Shown here: piece by piece, positions 1 to 13,900 of the stretch
How the letters are laid out: every line of letters begins with the position of its first letter
Position numbering within the stretch: the first letter of the stretch is position 1
NCBI GenBank assembly: GCA_964016885.1
Contig: OZ024740.1
Location: 13,144,001-13,208,000, forward strand
From: Eledone cirrhosa
Taxonomy: Eukaryota
Direction of reading: 5' to 3'
DNA length: 64,000 nt
The notes under the pieces: generated by a model
The model's input: only the letters and a program-made list of their open reading frames with translations
Told to the model about the DNA's origin: nothing
Database searches by the model: none
Position numbers and translations under genes: made by a program

Positions 1-1555
1 TTAATCCTGAGTTTTAACGCATACAGGTAGGTTTTGTAGTGTAGTGCTAGGTTAACCCAGAGTTTTAACACATACAGGTAGGGATTGTAGTCTAGTGCTA
101 GGTTAACCCAGAGTTTTAACACATACAGGTAGGTATTGTAGTTTAGTTCTAGGTTAACACAGAGTTTTAACACATACAGGAAGGTGTTGTAGTGTAGTGC
201 CAGGTTAACCGAGAGTTTTACCACGTACAGGTAAGTGTTGTAGTTTAGTGCAAGGTTAATCCAGAGTTTTACCACATGCAGGTAGGTGTTGTATTGTAGT
301 GCTAGGTTAACCCAGAGTTTTAACTCATACAGGTAGGTATTGTAGTGTAGTGCTAGGTAAACCCAGTATTTTAACACATACAGGTAGGTATTGTAGTGTA
401 GTGTGGTGCTAGGTAGACCCTGAGTTTTAACACATACAGGTAGGTATTGTAGTGTAGTACTAGGTTAACCCAGAGTTTTAACACATACAGTTAGGTGTTG
501 TAGTGTAGTGCTAGGTTAACCCAGAGTTTTAACACATACAGGTAGGTGTTGTAGTGTAGTGTGGTGCTAGGTAAACCCTGAGTTTTAACACATATAAGTA
601 GGTGTTGTAGTGTAGTGCTAGGTTAACCCAGAGATTTAGCAGATACAGTTAGGTGTTGTAGTGTAGTGTAGTTCTAGGTTAACACAGAGTTTTAACACAT
701 ACAGGTAGGTGTTGTAGTGTAGTGTAGTGCTAGGTTAACCCAGAGTTTTAATACATACAGGTAGGTGTTTTAGTGTATTGCTAGGTTAACCCAGAGTTTA
801 AACACATACAGGTAGGTGTTGTAGTTTAGTGCTAGGTTAACCCAGAGTTTTAACACATACAGGTAGGTATTGTAATGTAGTGCAAGGTTAACCCATATTT
901 TTAACACATACAGTAGGTATTGTAGTTTAGTGCTAGGTTAACCCTGAGTTTGAACACATAGAGGTAGGTGTTGTAGTGTAGTGGTAGGTTAACCCAGAGT
1001 TTGAACACATACAGTAGGTATTGTAGTGTAGTGCTAGGTTAACCCAGAGTTTTAACACATATAGGTAGGTGTTGTAGTGTGGTGCTAGGTTAACCCAGAG
1101 TTTTAACACATACAGGTAGGTGTTGTAGTGTAGTGCTAGGGTAAGCCTGAGTTTTAACACATACAGGTAGGTGTTGTAGTGTAGTGTGGTGCTAGGTAAG
1201 CCCTGAGTTTTAACACATACAGGTAGTTGTTGTATTGTAGTGTGGTGCTAGGTAAACCCTGAGTTTTAACACATACAGATAGGTATTGTAGTGTAGTGCT
1301 AGGTTAACATAGAGTTTTAACACATAGTGGTAGGTGTTGTAGTGTAGTGCTAGGTTAACCCACAGTTTTAAGACATACAAGTAGGTGTTGTAGTGTAGTG
1401 CTACGTTAACCCAGAGTTTTAACACGTACAGGTAGGTGTTGTAGTGTAGTGCTATGTTAACCCAGAGATTTAACACATACAGGTAGGTATTGTAGTGTAG
1501 TGCTAGGTTAAGCCAGAGTTTTAAACATACAGGTAGGTGTTGTAGTGTAGTGCTA

Positions 1556-1606
1556 GGTTAACCCAGAGTTTTAACACATACAGGTAGGTGTTGTAGTGTA
1601 GTGCTA
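1556..1606 (+). repeat. Reference copy of the consensus 51-bp monomer
   Basis: Read directly from the sequence. It contains GGTTAACC (HpaI site GTTAAC), TTTTAAC, ACATACAGGTAGG and a GTAGT pentamer tract. Composition is 14 A, 7 C, 14 G, 16 T. Confidence 0.97.
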
Positions 1607-4600
1607 GGTTAACCCACAGTTTTAAGACATACAAGTAGGTGTTGTAGTGTAGTGCTAGGTTAACCCAGAGTTTTAACACATACAGGTAGGTGTTGTAGTG
1701 TAGTGCTACGTTAACCCAGAGTTTTAACACATACAGGTAGGTATTGTAGTGTTGTGCTAGGTTAAGCTAGAGTTTTAATGATACAGGTAGGTGTTGTAGT
1801 GTAGTGCTAGGTTAACCCAGAGTTTTAACACATACAGGTAGGTATTTTAGTGTAGTGCTAGGTTAACACAGAGTTTTAACACATACAGTAGGTATTGTAG
1901 TGTAGTGCTAGGTTAACCCAGAGTTTTGACACATACAGGTAGTTGTTGTAGTGTAGGGTGGTGCTAGGTTAACCAAAAGTTTTAACACATAGAGGTAGGT
2001 GTTTTAGTGTAGTGCTAGGTTAACCCAGAGTTTTAACACATAAGGTAGGTGTTGTAGTGTAGTGCTAGGTTAAGCCAGAATTTAACACATACAGGTAGGT
2101 GTTGTAGTGTAGTGCTAGGTTACCCCAGAGTTTTAACACATACAGGTAGGCATTGTAGTGTAGTGCTAGGTTAATCCTGAGTCTTAACGCATACAGGTAG
2201 GTGTTGTAGTGTAGTGCTAGGTAAACCCTGAGTTTAACACATACAGCTAGGTGTTGTATTGTAGTGCTAGTTTAACCGAGAGTTTTACCACATAGAGATA
2301 AGTGTTGTAGTGTAGTGCAAGGTTAATCCAGAGTTTTACCACATACAGGTAGGTGTTGTATTGTAGTGCTAGGTTAACCCAGAGTTTTAACACATACAGG
2401 TATGTATTGTAGTTTAGTGCTAGGTTAACCCATAGTTTTAACACATAAAGGTAGGGGTTGTAGTGTAGTGCTAGGTTAACCCAGAGTGTTAACACATACA
2501 GGAAGGTGTCGTAGTGTAGTGTGGTGCTAGGTTAACCCAGAGTTTTAACAATTACAGGTAGGTGTTGTAGTGTAGTGTGGTGCTAGGTTAACCCAGAGTT
2601 GAACACATACATGCAGGTGTTTAGTGTAGTGTGGTGCTAGGTAAACCCTGAGTTTTAACTCATACAGGTAGGTATTGTAGTGTAGTGCTAGGTAAACCCA
2701 GTGTTTTAACACATACAGGTAGGTATTGTAGTGTAGTGTGGTGCTAGGTAGACCCTGAGTTTTAACACATACAGGTAGGTACTGTAGTGTAGTACTAGGT
2801 TAACCCAGAGTTTTAACACATACAGTTAGGTGTTGTAGTGTAGTGCTAGGTTAACCCAGAGTTTTAACACATACAGGTAGGTGTTGTAGTGTAGTGTGGT
2901 GCTAGGTAAACCCTGAGTTTTAACAGACACAAGTAGGTGTTGTAGTGTAGTGTGGTGCTTGGTAAATCCTTAGTTTTAACACATATAAGTAGGTGTTGTA
3001 GTGTAGTGCTAGGTTAACCCAGAGTTTTAGCAGATACAGTAAGGTGTTGTAGTGTAGTGTAGTTCTAGGTTAACACAGAGTTTTAACACATATAGGTAGG
3101 TGTTGTAGTTTAGTGTAGTGCTAGGTTAACCAAGAGTTTTAATACATACAGGTAGGTATTGTAGTGTATTGCTAGGTTAACCCAGAGTTTAAACACATAC
3201 AGGTAGGTGTTGTAGTGTAGTGCTAGGTTAACACAGAGTTTTAACACATACAGGTAGGTGTTGTAGTGTAGTGTGGTGCTAGGTTAAACTAGAGTTTTAA
3301 CACATACAGGTAGGTGTTGTAGTGTAGTGCTAGGTTAACCCAGAGTTTTAACACATACAGGTAGGGATTGTAGTGTAGTGCTAGGTTAACCCAGAGTTTT
3401 AACACATACAGGTAGGTATTGTAGTGTAGTTCTAGGCTAACACAGAGTTTTAACACATACAGGAAGGTGTTGTAGTGTAGTGCCAGGTTAACCGAGAGTT
3501 TTACCACATACAGGTAAGTGTTGTAGTGTAGTGCAAGGTTAATCCAGAGTTTTACCACATACAGTTAGGAGTTGTATTGTAGTGCTAGGTTAACCTAGAG
3601 TTTTAACACATAAAGGTAGGTGTTGTAGTGTAGTGCTAGGTTAACCCAGAGTCTTAAAACATACAGGTAGGTGTCGTAGTGTAGTGTGGTGCTAGGTTAA
3701 ACCAGAGTTTTAACACTTACAGGTAGGTGTTGTAGTGTAGTGTGGTGCTAGGTTAACCCAGAGTTGAAGACATACAGGCAGGTGTTTAGTGTAGTGTAGT
3801 GCTAGGTAAACCCAGTATTTTAACACATACAGGTAGGTATTGTAGTGTAGTGTGGTGCTAGTTAGACCCTGAGTTTTAACACATAGAGGTAGGTATTGTA
3901 GTGTAGTACTAGGTTAACCCAGAGTTTTAACACATACAGTTAGGTGTTGTAGTGTAGTGCTAGGTTAACCCAGAGTTTTAACATATAGAGGTAGGTGTTG
4001 TAGTGTAGTGTGGTGCTAGGTAAACCCTGAGTTTTAACAGACACAAGTAGGTGTTGTAGTGTAGTGTGGTGCTTGGTAAATCCTTAGTTTTAACACATAT
4101 AAGTAGGTGTTGTAGTGTAGTGCTAGGTTAACCCAGAGATTTAGCAGATACAGTTAGGTGTTGTAGTGTAGTGTAGTTCTAGGTTAACACAGAGTTTTAA
4201 CACATACAGGTAGGTGTTGTAGTGTAGTGTAGTGCTAGGTTAACCCAGAGTTTTAATACATACAGGTAGGTGTTGTAGTGTATTGCTAGGTTAACCCAGA
4301 GTTTAAACACATACAGGTAGGTGTTGTAGTGTAGTGCTAGGTTAACACAGAGTTTTAACACATACAGGTAGGTGTTGTAGTGTAGTTCTATGTTAACCCA
4401 GAGTTTTAACACATAGAGGTAGGTGTTGTAGTGTAGTGCTAGGTTAACCCAGAGTTTTAACACATACAGGTAGGTATTGTAATGTAGTGCAAGGTTAACC
4501 CAGATTTTTAACACATACAGTAGGTATTGTAGTGTAGTGCTAGGTTAACCCTGAGTTTGAACACATAGAGGTAGGTGTTGTAGTGTAGTGATAGGTTAAC

Positions 4601-4999
4601 CCAGAGTTTTAACACATACAGGTAGGTGTTGTAGAGTAGTGTGGTGCTAGGTTAACCCAGAGTTTTAACACATATAGGTAGGTGTTGTAGTGTGGTGCTA
4701 GGTTAACCCAGAGTTTTAACACATACAGGTAGGTGTTGTAGTGTAGTGCTAGCGTAAGCCTGAGTTTTAACACATACAGGTAGGTGTTGTAGTGTAGTGT
4801 GGTGCTAGGTAAACCCTCAGTTTTAACACATACAGGTAGTTGTTGTATTGTAGTGTGGTGCTAGGTAAACCCTCAGTTTTAACACATACAGGTAGGTATT
4901 GTAGTGTAGTGCTAGGTTAACATTGAGTTTTAACACATAGAGGTAGGTGTTGTAGTGTAGTGCTAGGTTAACCCACAGTTTTAAGACATACAAGTAGGT

Positions 5000-7900
5000 G
5001 TTGTAGTGTAGTGCTACGTTAAACCAGAGTTTTAACACATACAGGTAGACGTTGTAGTGTAGTGCTAGGTAAACCCTGAGTTTAACACATACAGGTAGGT
5101 GTTGAAGTGTAGTGCTAGGTTAACCCTGAGTTTTAACACATAGAGGTAGGTGTTGTAGTGTAGTACTAGGTTAACCCAGAGTTTTAACACCTACAGATAG
5201 GTGTTGTAGTGTAGTGTGGTGCTAGGTAAACCCTGAGTTTTAACACATACAGGTAGTTGTTGTATTGTAGTGTGGTGCTAGGTAAACCCTGAGTTTTAAC
5301 ACATACAGGTAGGTATTGTAGTGTAGTGCTAGGTTAACCCAGAGTTTTAACATATAGAGGTAGGTATTTTAGTGTAGTGCTAGGTTAACACAGAGTTTTA
5401 ACACATACAGTAGGTATTGTAGTGTAGTGCTAGGTTAACCCAGAGTTTTGACACATGCAGGTAGTTGTTGTAGTGTAGTGTGGTGCTAGGTTAACCAAGA
5501 GTTTTAACACATAGAGGTAGGTGTTTTAGTGTAGTGCTAGGTTAAACCTGAGTTTTAACACATACAGATAGGCATTGTAGTGTAGTGCTAGGTTAACCCA
5601 GAGTTTTAACACATACAGGTAGGTATTTTAGTGTAGTGCTAGGTTAACACAGAGTTTTAACACATACAGGTAGGTGTTGTATTGTAGCGCTAGGTTAACC
5701 CAAGTTTTAACAATATAAGTAGGTATTGTAGTGTAGTGCTAGGTTAAGCCAGAATTTAACACATACAGGTAGGTGTTGTAGTGTAGTGCTAGGTTACCCC
5801 AGAGTTTTAACACATACAGGTAGGCATTGTAGTGTAGTGCTAGGTTAATCCTGAGTTTTAACGCATACAGGTAGGTGTTGTAGTGTATTGCTAGTTAAAC
5901 CCTGAGTTTAACACATACAGGTAGGTGTTGTAGTGTAGTGTTAGGTTAACCCATAGTTTTAATACATACAGTTATGTGTTGTAGTGTAGTGCTAGGTTAA
6001 CCCAGAGTTTTAACACATACAGGTAGGTGTTGTAGTGTAGTGTGGTGCTAGGTTAACCTAGAGTTTTAACACATACAGGTAGGTGTTGTAGTGTAGTGCT
6101 AGGTTAACCCAGAGTTTTAACACATACAGGTAGGGATTGTAGTGTAGTGCTAGGTTAACCCAGAGTTTTAACACATACAGGTAGGTATTGTAGTGTAGTT
6201 CTAGGTTAACACAGAGTTTTAACACATACAGGAAGGTGTTGTAGTGTAGTGCCAGGTTAACCGAGAGTTTTACCACATACAGGTAAGTGTTGTAGTGTAG
6301 TGCAAGGTTAATCCAAATTTTTACCACATACAGGTAGGAGTTGTATTGTAGTGCTAGGTTAACCCAGAGTTTTAACACATACAGGTATGTATTGTAGTGT
6401 AGTGCTAGGTTAGGTTAACCCAGAATTTTAACACATAAAGGTAGGTGTTGTAGTGTAGTGCTAGGTTAACCCAGAGTCTTAACACATACAGGTAGGTGTC
6501 GTAGTGTTGTGTGGTGCTAGGTTAACCCAGAGTTTTAACACTTACAGGTAGGTGTTGTAGTGTAGTGTGGTGCTAGATTAACCCAGAGTTGAACACATAC
6601 AGGCAGGTGTTTAGTGTAGTGTGGTGCTAGGTGAACCCTGAGATTTAACTCATACAGGTAGGTATTGTAGTGTAGTGCTAGGTAAACCCAGTATTTTAAC
6701 ACATACAGGTAGGTGTTGTAGTGTAGTGTGGTGCTAGGTAAACCCTGAGTTTTAACACACACAAGTAGGTGTTGTAGTGTAGTGTGGTTCTTGGTAAATC
6801 CTTAGTTTTAACACATATAAGTAGGTGTTGTAGTGTAGTGCTAGGTTAACCCAGAGATTTAGCAGATACAGTTAGGTGTTGTAGTGTAGTGTAGTTCTAG
6901 TTTAACCCAGAGTTTTAATACATACAGGTAGGTGTTGTAGTGTATTGCTAGGTTAACCCAGAGTTTAAACACATACAGGTAGGTGTTGTAGTGTAGTGCT
7001 AGGTTAACACAGAGTTGTAACACATACAGGTAGGTGTTGTAGTGTAGTGCTATGTTAACCCAGAGTTTTAACACATAGAGGTAGATGTTGTAGTGTAGTG
7101 CTAGGTTAACCCAGAGTTTTAACACATACAGGTAGGTATAGTAATGTAGTGCTAGGTTAACCCAGAGTTTTAACACATACAGTAGGTATTGTAGTGTAGT
7201 GCTAGGTTAACCCTGAGTTTGAACACATAGAGGTAGGTGTTGTAGTGTAGTGCTAGGTTAACCCACAGTTTTAAGACATACAAATACGTGTTGTAGTGTA
7301 GTGCTAGGTTAACCCAGAGTTTTAACACATACAGGTAGGTGTGGTAGTGTAGTGCTAGGTTAACCCAGAGTTTTAACACATACAGGTAGGTATTGTAGTG
7401 TAGTGCTAGGTTAAGCCAGAGTTTTAAACATACAGGTAGGTGTTGTAGTGTAGTGCTAGGTTAACCCAGAGTTTTAACACATATAGGTAGGTATTTTAGT
7501 GTAGTGCTAGGTTAACACAGAGTTTTAACACATACAGTAGGTATTGTAGTGTAGTGCTAAGCTAACCCAGAGTTTTGACACATACAGGTAGTTGTTGTAG
7601 TGTAGAGTGGTGCTAGGTTAACCAAGAGTTTTAACACACAGAGGTAGGTGTTTTAGTGTAGTGCTAGGTTAACCCAGAGTTTTAACACATAGAGGTAGGT
7701 GTTTTAGTGTAGTGCTAGGTTAACCCACAGTTTTAAGACATACAAATAGGTGTTTTAGTGTAGTGCTAGGTTAACCCAGAGTTTTAACACATACAGGTAG
7801 TTGTTGTAGTGTAGTGTGGTGCTAGGTTAACACAGACTTTTAACACATACAGGTAGGTGTTGTAGTGTAGTGTAGTGCTAGGTTAACGCAGAGTGTTAAT

Positions 7901-10900
7901 ACATACAGGTAGGTGTTGTAGTGTATTGCTAGGTTAACCCAGAGTTTAAACACATACAGGTAGGTGTTGTAGTGTAGTGCTAGGTTAACACAGAGTTTTA
8001 ACACATACAGGTAGGTGTTGTGGTGTAGTGCTATGTAAACCCAGAGTTTTAACACATAGAGGTAGGTGTTGTAGTGTAGTGCTAGGTTAACCCAGAGTTT
8101 TAACACATACAGGTAGGTATTGTAATGTAGTGCTAGGTTAACCCAGAGTTTTAACACATACAGTAGGTAATGTAGTGTAGTGCTAGGTTAACCCTGAGTT
8201 TGAACACATAGAGGTAGGTGTTGTAGTGTAGTGATAGGTTAACCCAGAGTTTTAACACATACAGGTAGGTGTTGTAGAGTAGTGTGGTGCTAGGTTAACC
8301 CAGAGTTTTATCACATATAGGTAGGTGTTGTAGTGTGGTGCTAGGTTAACCCAGAGTTTTAACACATAGAGGTAGACGTTGTAGTGTAGTGCTAGGTAAA
8401 CCCTCAGTTTAACACATACAGGTAGGTGTTGAAGTGTAGTGCTAGGTTAACCCTGAGTTTTAACACATAGAGGTAGGTGTTGTAGTGTAGTACTAGGTTA
8501 ACCCAGAGTTTTAACACCTACAGTTAGGTGTTGTAGTGTAGTGTGGTGCTAGGTAAACCCTGAGTTTTAACACATACAGGTAGTTGTTGTATTGTAGTGT
8601 GGTGCTAGGTAAACCCTGAGTTTTAACACATACAGGTAGGTATTGTAGTGTAGTGCTAGTTTAACCCAGAGTTTTAACATATACAGGTAGGTATTTTAGT
8701 GTAGTGCTAGGTTAACACAGAGTTTTAACACATACAGTAGGTATTGTAGTGTAGTGCTAGGTTAACCCAGAGTTTTGACACATACAGCTAGTTGTTGTAG
8801 TGTAGTGTGGTGCTAGGTTAACCAAGAGTTTTAACACATAGAGGTAGGTGTTTTAGTGTAGTGCTAGGTTAAACCTGAGTTTTAACACATACAGGTAGGC
8901 ATTGTAGTGTAGTGCTAGGTTAACCCAGAGTTTTAACACATACAGGTAGGTATTTTAGTGTAGTGCTAGGTTAACAGAGAGTTTTAACACATACAGGTAG
9001 GTGTTGTATTGTAGCGCTAGGTTAACCCAGAGTTTTAACAATATAAGTAGGTATTGTAGTGTAGTGCTAGGTTAAGCCAGAATTTAACACATACAGGTAG
9101 GTGTTGTAGTGTAGTGCTAGGTTACCCCAGTGTTTTAACACATACAGGTAGGCATTGTAGTGTAGTGCTAGGTTAATCCTGAGTTTAACACATACAGGTA
9201 GGTGTTGTAGTGTAGTGTTAGGTTAACCCATAGTTTTAACACATACAGTTATGTGTTGTAGTGTAGTGCTAGGTTAACCCAGAGTTTTAACACATACAGG
9301 TAGGTGTTGTAGTGTAGTGTGGTGCTAGGTTAACCTAGAGTTTTAACACATACAGGTAGGTGTTGTAGTGTAGTGCTAGGTTAACCCAGAGTTTTAACAC
9401 ATACAGGTAGGGATTGTAGTGTAGTGCTAGGTTAACCCAGAGTTTTAACACATACAGGTAGGTATTGTAGTGTAGTTCTAGGTTAACACAGAGTTTTAAC
9501 ACATACAGGAAGGTGTTGTAGTGTAGTGCCAGGTTAACCGAGAGTTTTACCACATACAGGTAAGTGTTGTAGTGTAGTGCAAGGTTAATCCAGAGTTTTA
9601 CCACATACAGGTAGGAGTTGTATTGTAGTGCTAGGTTAACCCAGAGTTTTAACACATACAGGTATGTATTGTAGTGTAGTGCTAGGTTAACCCAGAATTT
9701 TAACACATAAAGGTAGGTGTTGTAGTGTAGTGCTAGGTTAACCCAGATTCTTAACACATACAGGTAGGTGTCGTAGTGTTGTGTGGTGCTAGGTTAACCC
9801 AGAGTTTTAACACTTACAGGTAGGTGTTGTAGTGTAGTGTGGTGCTAGATTAACCCAGAGTTGAACACATACAGGCAGGTGTTTAGTGTAGTGTGGTGCT
9901 AGGTGAACCCTGAGTTTTAACTCATACAGGTAGGTATTGTAGTGTAGTGCTAGGTAAACCAAGTATTTTAACACATACAGGTAGGTGTTGTAGTGTAGTG
10001 TGGTGCTAGCTAAACCCTGAGTTTTAACACACACAAGTAGGTGTTGTAGTGTAGTGTGGTTCTTGGTAAATCCTTAGTTTTAACACATATAAGTAGGTGT
10101 TGTAGTGTAGTGCTAGGTTAACCCAGAGATTTAGCAGATACAGTTAGGTGTTGTAGTGTAGTGTAGTTCTAGGTTAACACAGAGTTTTAACACATACAGG
10201 TAGGTGTTGTAGTGAAGTGTAGTGCTAGGTTAACCCAGAGTTTTAATACATACAGGTAGGTGTTGTAGTGTATTGCTAGGTTAACCCAGAGTTTAAACAC
10301 ATACAGGTAGGTGTTGTAGTGTAGTGCTAGGTTAACCCTGAGTTTGAACACATAGAGGTAGGTGTTGTAGTGTAGTGATAGGTTAACCCAGAGTATTAAC
10401 ACATAAAGGTAGGTGTTGTAGAGTAGTGTTGTGCTAGGTTAACCCAGAGTTTTAACACATATAGGTAGGTGTTGAAGTGTGGTGGTAGGTTAACCCAGAG
10501 TTTTAACACATACAGGTAGGTGTTGTAGTGTAGTGCTAGGGTAAGCCTGAGTTTTAACACATACAGGTAGGTGTTGTAGTGTAGTGCTAGTTAAACCCTG
10601 AGTTTAACACATACAGGTAGGTGTTGTAGTGTAGTGCTAGGTTAACCCTGAGTTTTAACACATAGAGGTAGGTGTTGTAGTGTAGTACTAGGTTAACCCA
10701 GAGTTTTAACACCTACAGGTAGGTGTTGTAGTGTAGTGTGGTGCTAGGTAAACCCTGAGTTTTAACACATACAGGTAGTTGTTGTATTGTAGTGTTGTGC
10801 TAGGTAAACCCTGAGTTTTAACACATACAGGTAGGTATTGTAGTGTAGTGCTAAGCTAACCCAGAGTTTTGACACATACAGGTAGTTGTTGTAGTGTAGA

Positions 10901-13900
10901 GTGGTGCTAGGTTAACCAAGAGTTTTAACACATAGAGGTAGGTGTTTTAGTGTAGTGCTAGGTTAACCCAGAGTTTTAACACATAGAGGTAGGTGTTGTA
11001 GTGTAGTGCTAGGTTAACCCAAAGTTTTAAGACATACAAATAGGTGTTTTAGTGTAGTGCTAGGTTAACCCAGAATTTTAACACATACAGGTAGGTGTGG
11101 TAGTGTAGTGCTAGGTTAACCCAGAGTTTTAACACATATAGGTAGGTATTTTAGTGTAGTGCTAGGTTAACACAGAGTTTTAACACATACAGTAGGTATT
11201 GTAGTGTAGTGCTAGGTTAACCCAGAGTTTTGACACATACAGGTAGTTGTTGTAGTGTAGTGTGGTGCTAGGTTAACCAAGAGTTTTAACACATAGAGGT
11301 AGGTGTTTTAGTGTAGTGCTAGGTTAACCCAGAGTTTTAACACATACAGGTAGTTGTTGTAGTGTAGTGTAGTGCTAGGTTAACCCAGAGTTTTAACACA
11401 TACAGGTAAGTGTTGAAGTGTAGTGCAAGGTTAATCCAGAGTTTTACCACATACAGGTAGGTGTTGTATTGTAGTGCTAGGTTAACCCAGAGTTTTAACA
11501 CATACAGGTAGGTGTTGTAGTGTAGTGCTAGGTTAACCCAGAGTCTTAACACATAAACGTAGGTGTCGTAGTGTAGTGTGGTGCTAGGTTAACCCATACT
11601 TTTAACACTTACAGGTAGGTGTTGTAGTGTAGTGTGGTGCTAGGTTAACCCAGATTTGAACACATACAGGCAGGTGTTTAGTGTAGTGTGGTGCTAGGTA
11701 AACCCTGAGTTTTAACACACACAAGTAGGTGTTGTAGTGTAGTGTGGTGCTTGGTAAATCCTTAGTTTTAACACATATAAGTAGGTGTTGTAGTGTAGTG
11801 CTAGGTTAACCCAGAGTGTTAGCAGATACAGTTAGGTGTTGTAGTGTAGTGTAGTTCTAGGTTAACACAGAATTTTAACACATACAGGTAGGTGTTGTAG
11901 TGTAGTGTAGTGCTAGGTTAACGCAGAGTGTTAATACATACAGGTAGGTGTTGTAGTGTATTGCTAGGTTAACCCAGAGTTTAAACACATACAGGTAGGT
12001 GTTGTAGTGTAGTGCTAGGTTAACACAGAGTTTTAACACATACAGGTAGGTGTTGTAGTGTAGTGCTATGTTAACCCAGAGTTTTAACACATAGAGGTAG
12101 GTGTTGTAGTGTAGTGCTAGGTTAACCCAGAGTTTTAACACATACAGGTAGGTATTGTAATGTAGTGCTAGGTTAACCCAGAGTTTTAACACATACAGTA
12201 GGTAATGTAGTGTAGTGCTAGGTTAACCCTGAGTTTGAACACATAGAGGTAGGTGTTGTAGTGTAGTGATAGGTTAACCCAGAGTTTTAACACATACAGG
12301 TAGGTGTTGTAGAGTAGTGTGGTGCTAGGTTAACCCAGAGTTTTATCACATATAGGTAGGTGTTGTAGTGTGGTGCTAGGTTAACCCAGAGTTTTAACAC
12401 ATACAGGTAGACGTTGTAGTGTAGTGCTAGGTAAACCCTGAGTTTAACACATACAGGTAGGTGTTGAAGTGTAGTGCTAGGTTAACCCTGAGTTTTAACA
12501 CATAGAGGTAGGTGTTGTAGTGTAGTACTAGGTTAACCCAGAGTTTTAACACCTACAGGTAGGTGTTGTAGTGTAGTGTGGTGCTAGGTAAACCCTGAGT
12601 TTTAACACATACAGGTAGTTGTTGTATTGTAGTGTGGTGCTAGGTAAACCCTGAGTTTTAACACATACAGGTAGGTATTGTAGTGTAGTGCTAGGTTAAC
12701 CCAGAGTTTTAACATATACAGGTAGGTATTTTAGTGTAGTGCTAGGTTAACACAGAGTTTTAACACATACAGTTGGTATTGTAGTGTAGTGTTAGGTTAA
12801 CCCAGAGTTTTGACACATACAGGTAGTTGTTGTAGTGTAGTGTGGTGCTAGGTTAACCAAGAGTTTTAACACATAGAGGTAGGTGTTTTAGTGTAGTGCC
12901 AGGTTAAACCTGAGTTTTAACACATACAGGTAGGCATTGTAGTGTAGTGCTAGGATAACCCAGAGTTTTAACACATACAGGTAGGTATTTTAGTGTAGTG
13001 CTAGGTTAACACAGAGTTTTAACACATACAGGTAGGTGTTGTATTGTAGCGCTAGGTTAACCCAGAGTTTTAACAATATAAGTAGGTATTGTAGTGTAGT
13101 GCTAGGTTAAGCCAGAATTTAACACATACAGGTAGGTGTTGTAGTGTAGTGCTAGGTTACCCCAGAGTTTTAACACATACAGGTAGGCATTGTAGTGTAG
13201 TGCTAGGTTAATCCTGAGTTTTAACGCATACAGGTAGGTGTTGTAGTGTAGTGCTAGGTAAACCCTGAGTTTAACACATACAGGTAGGTGTTGTAGTGTA
13301 GTGTGGTGCTAGGTTAACCTAGAGTTTTAACACATACAGGTAGGTGTTGTAGTGCAGTGCTAGGTTAACCCAGAGTTTTAACACATACAGGTAGGTATTG
13401 TAGTGTAGTTCTAGGTTAACACAGAGTTTTAACACATACAGGAAGGTGTTGTAGTGTAGTGCCAGGTTAACCGAGAGTTTTACCACATGCAGGTAAGTGT
13501 TGTAGTGTAGTGCAAGGTTAATCCAGAGTTTTACCACATACAGGTAGGAGTTGTATTGTAGTGCTAGGTTAACCCAGAGTTTTAACACATACAGGTATGT
13601 ATTGTAGTGTAGTGCTAGGTTAACCCAGAATTTTAACACATAAAGGTAGGTGTTGTAGTGTAGTGCTAGGTTAACCCAGAGTCTTAACACATACAGGTAG
13701 GTGTCGTAGTGTTGTGTGGTGCTAGGTTAACCCAGAGTTTTAACACTTACAGGTAGGTGTTGTAGTGTAGTGTGGTGCTAGATTAACCCAGAGTTGAACA
13801 CATACAGGCAGGTGTTTAGTGTAGTGTGGTGCTAGGTGAACCCTGAGTTTTAACTCATACAGGTAGGTATTGTAGTGTAGTGCTAGGTAAACCCAGTATT

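Noticed and set aside
1581-1590. Splice-donor-like CAGGTAGGT / CAGGTAAGT in each monomer
   Set aside because: It resembles the 5' splice consensus, but there is no exon, acceptor or gene context. Without transcript data it is treated as coincidence.
1556-1606. G-quadruplex-forming repeat on the G-rich strand
   Set aside because: The consensus has only three widely spaced GG doublets and no GGG tracts on the plus strand, and just one GGG per monomer on the minus strand.
1556-1606. Phased A-tract bending or 10-bp nucleosome positioning signal
   Set aside because: There is one short T4 tract per monomer, and TA steps (positions 4, 17, 24, 30, 39, 44, 50) are not clearly 10-bp periodic.
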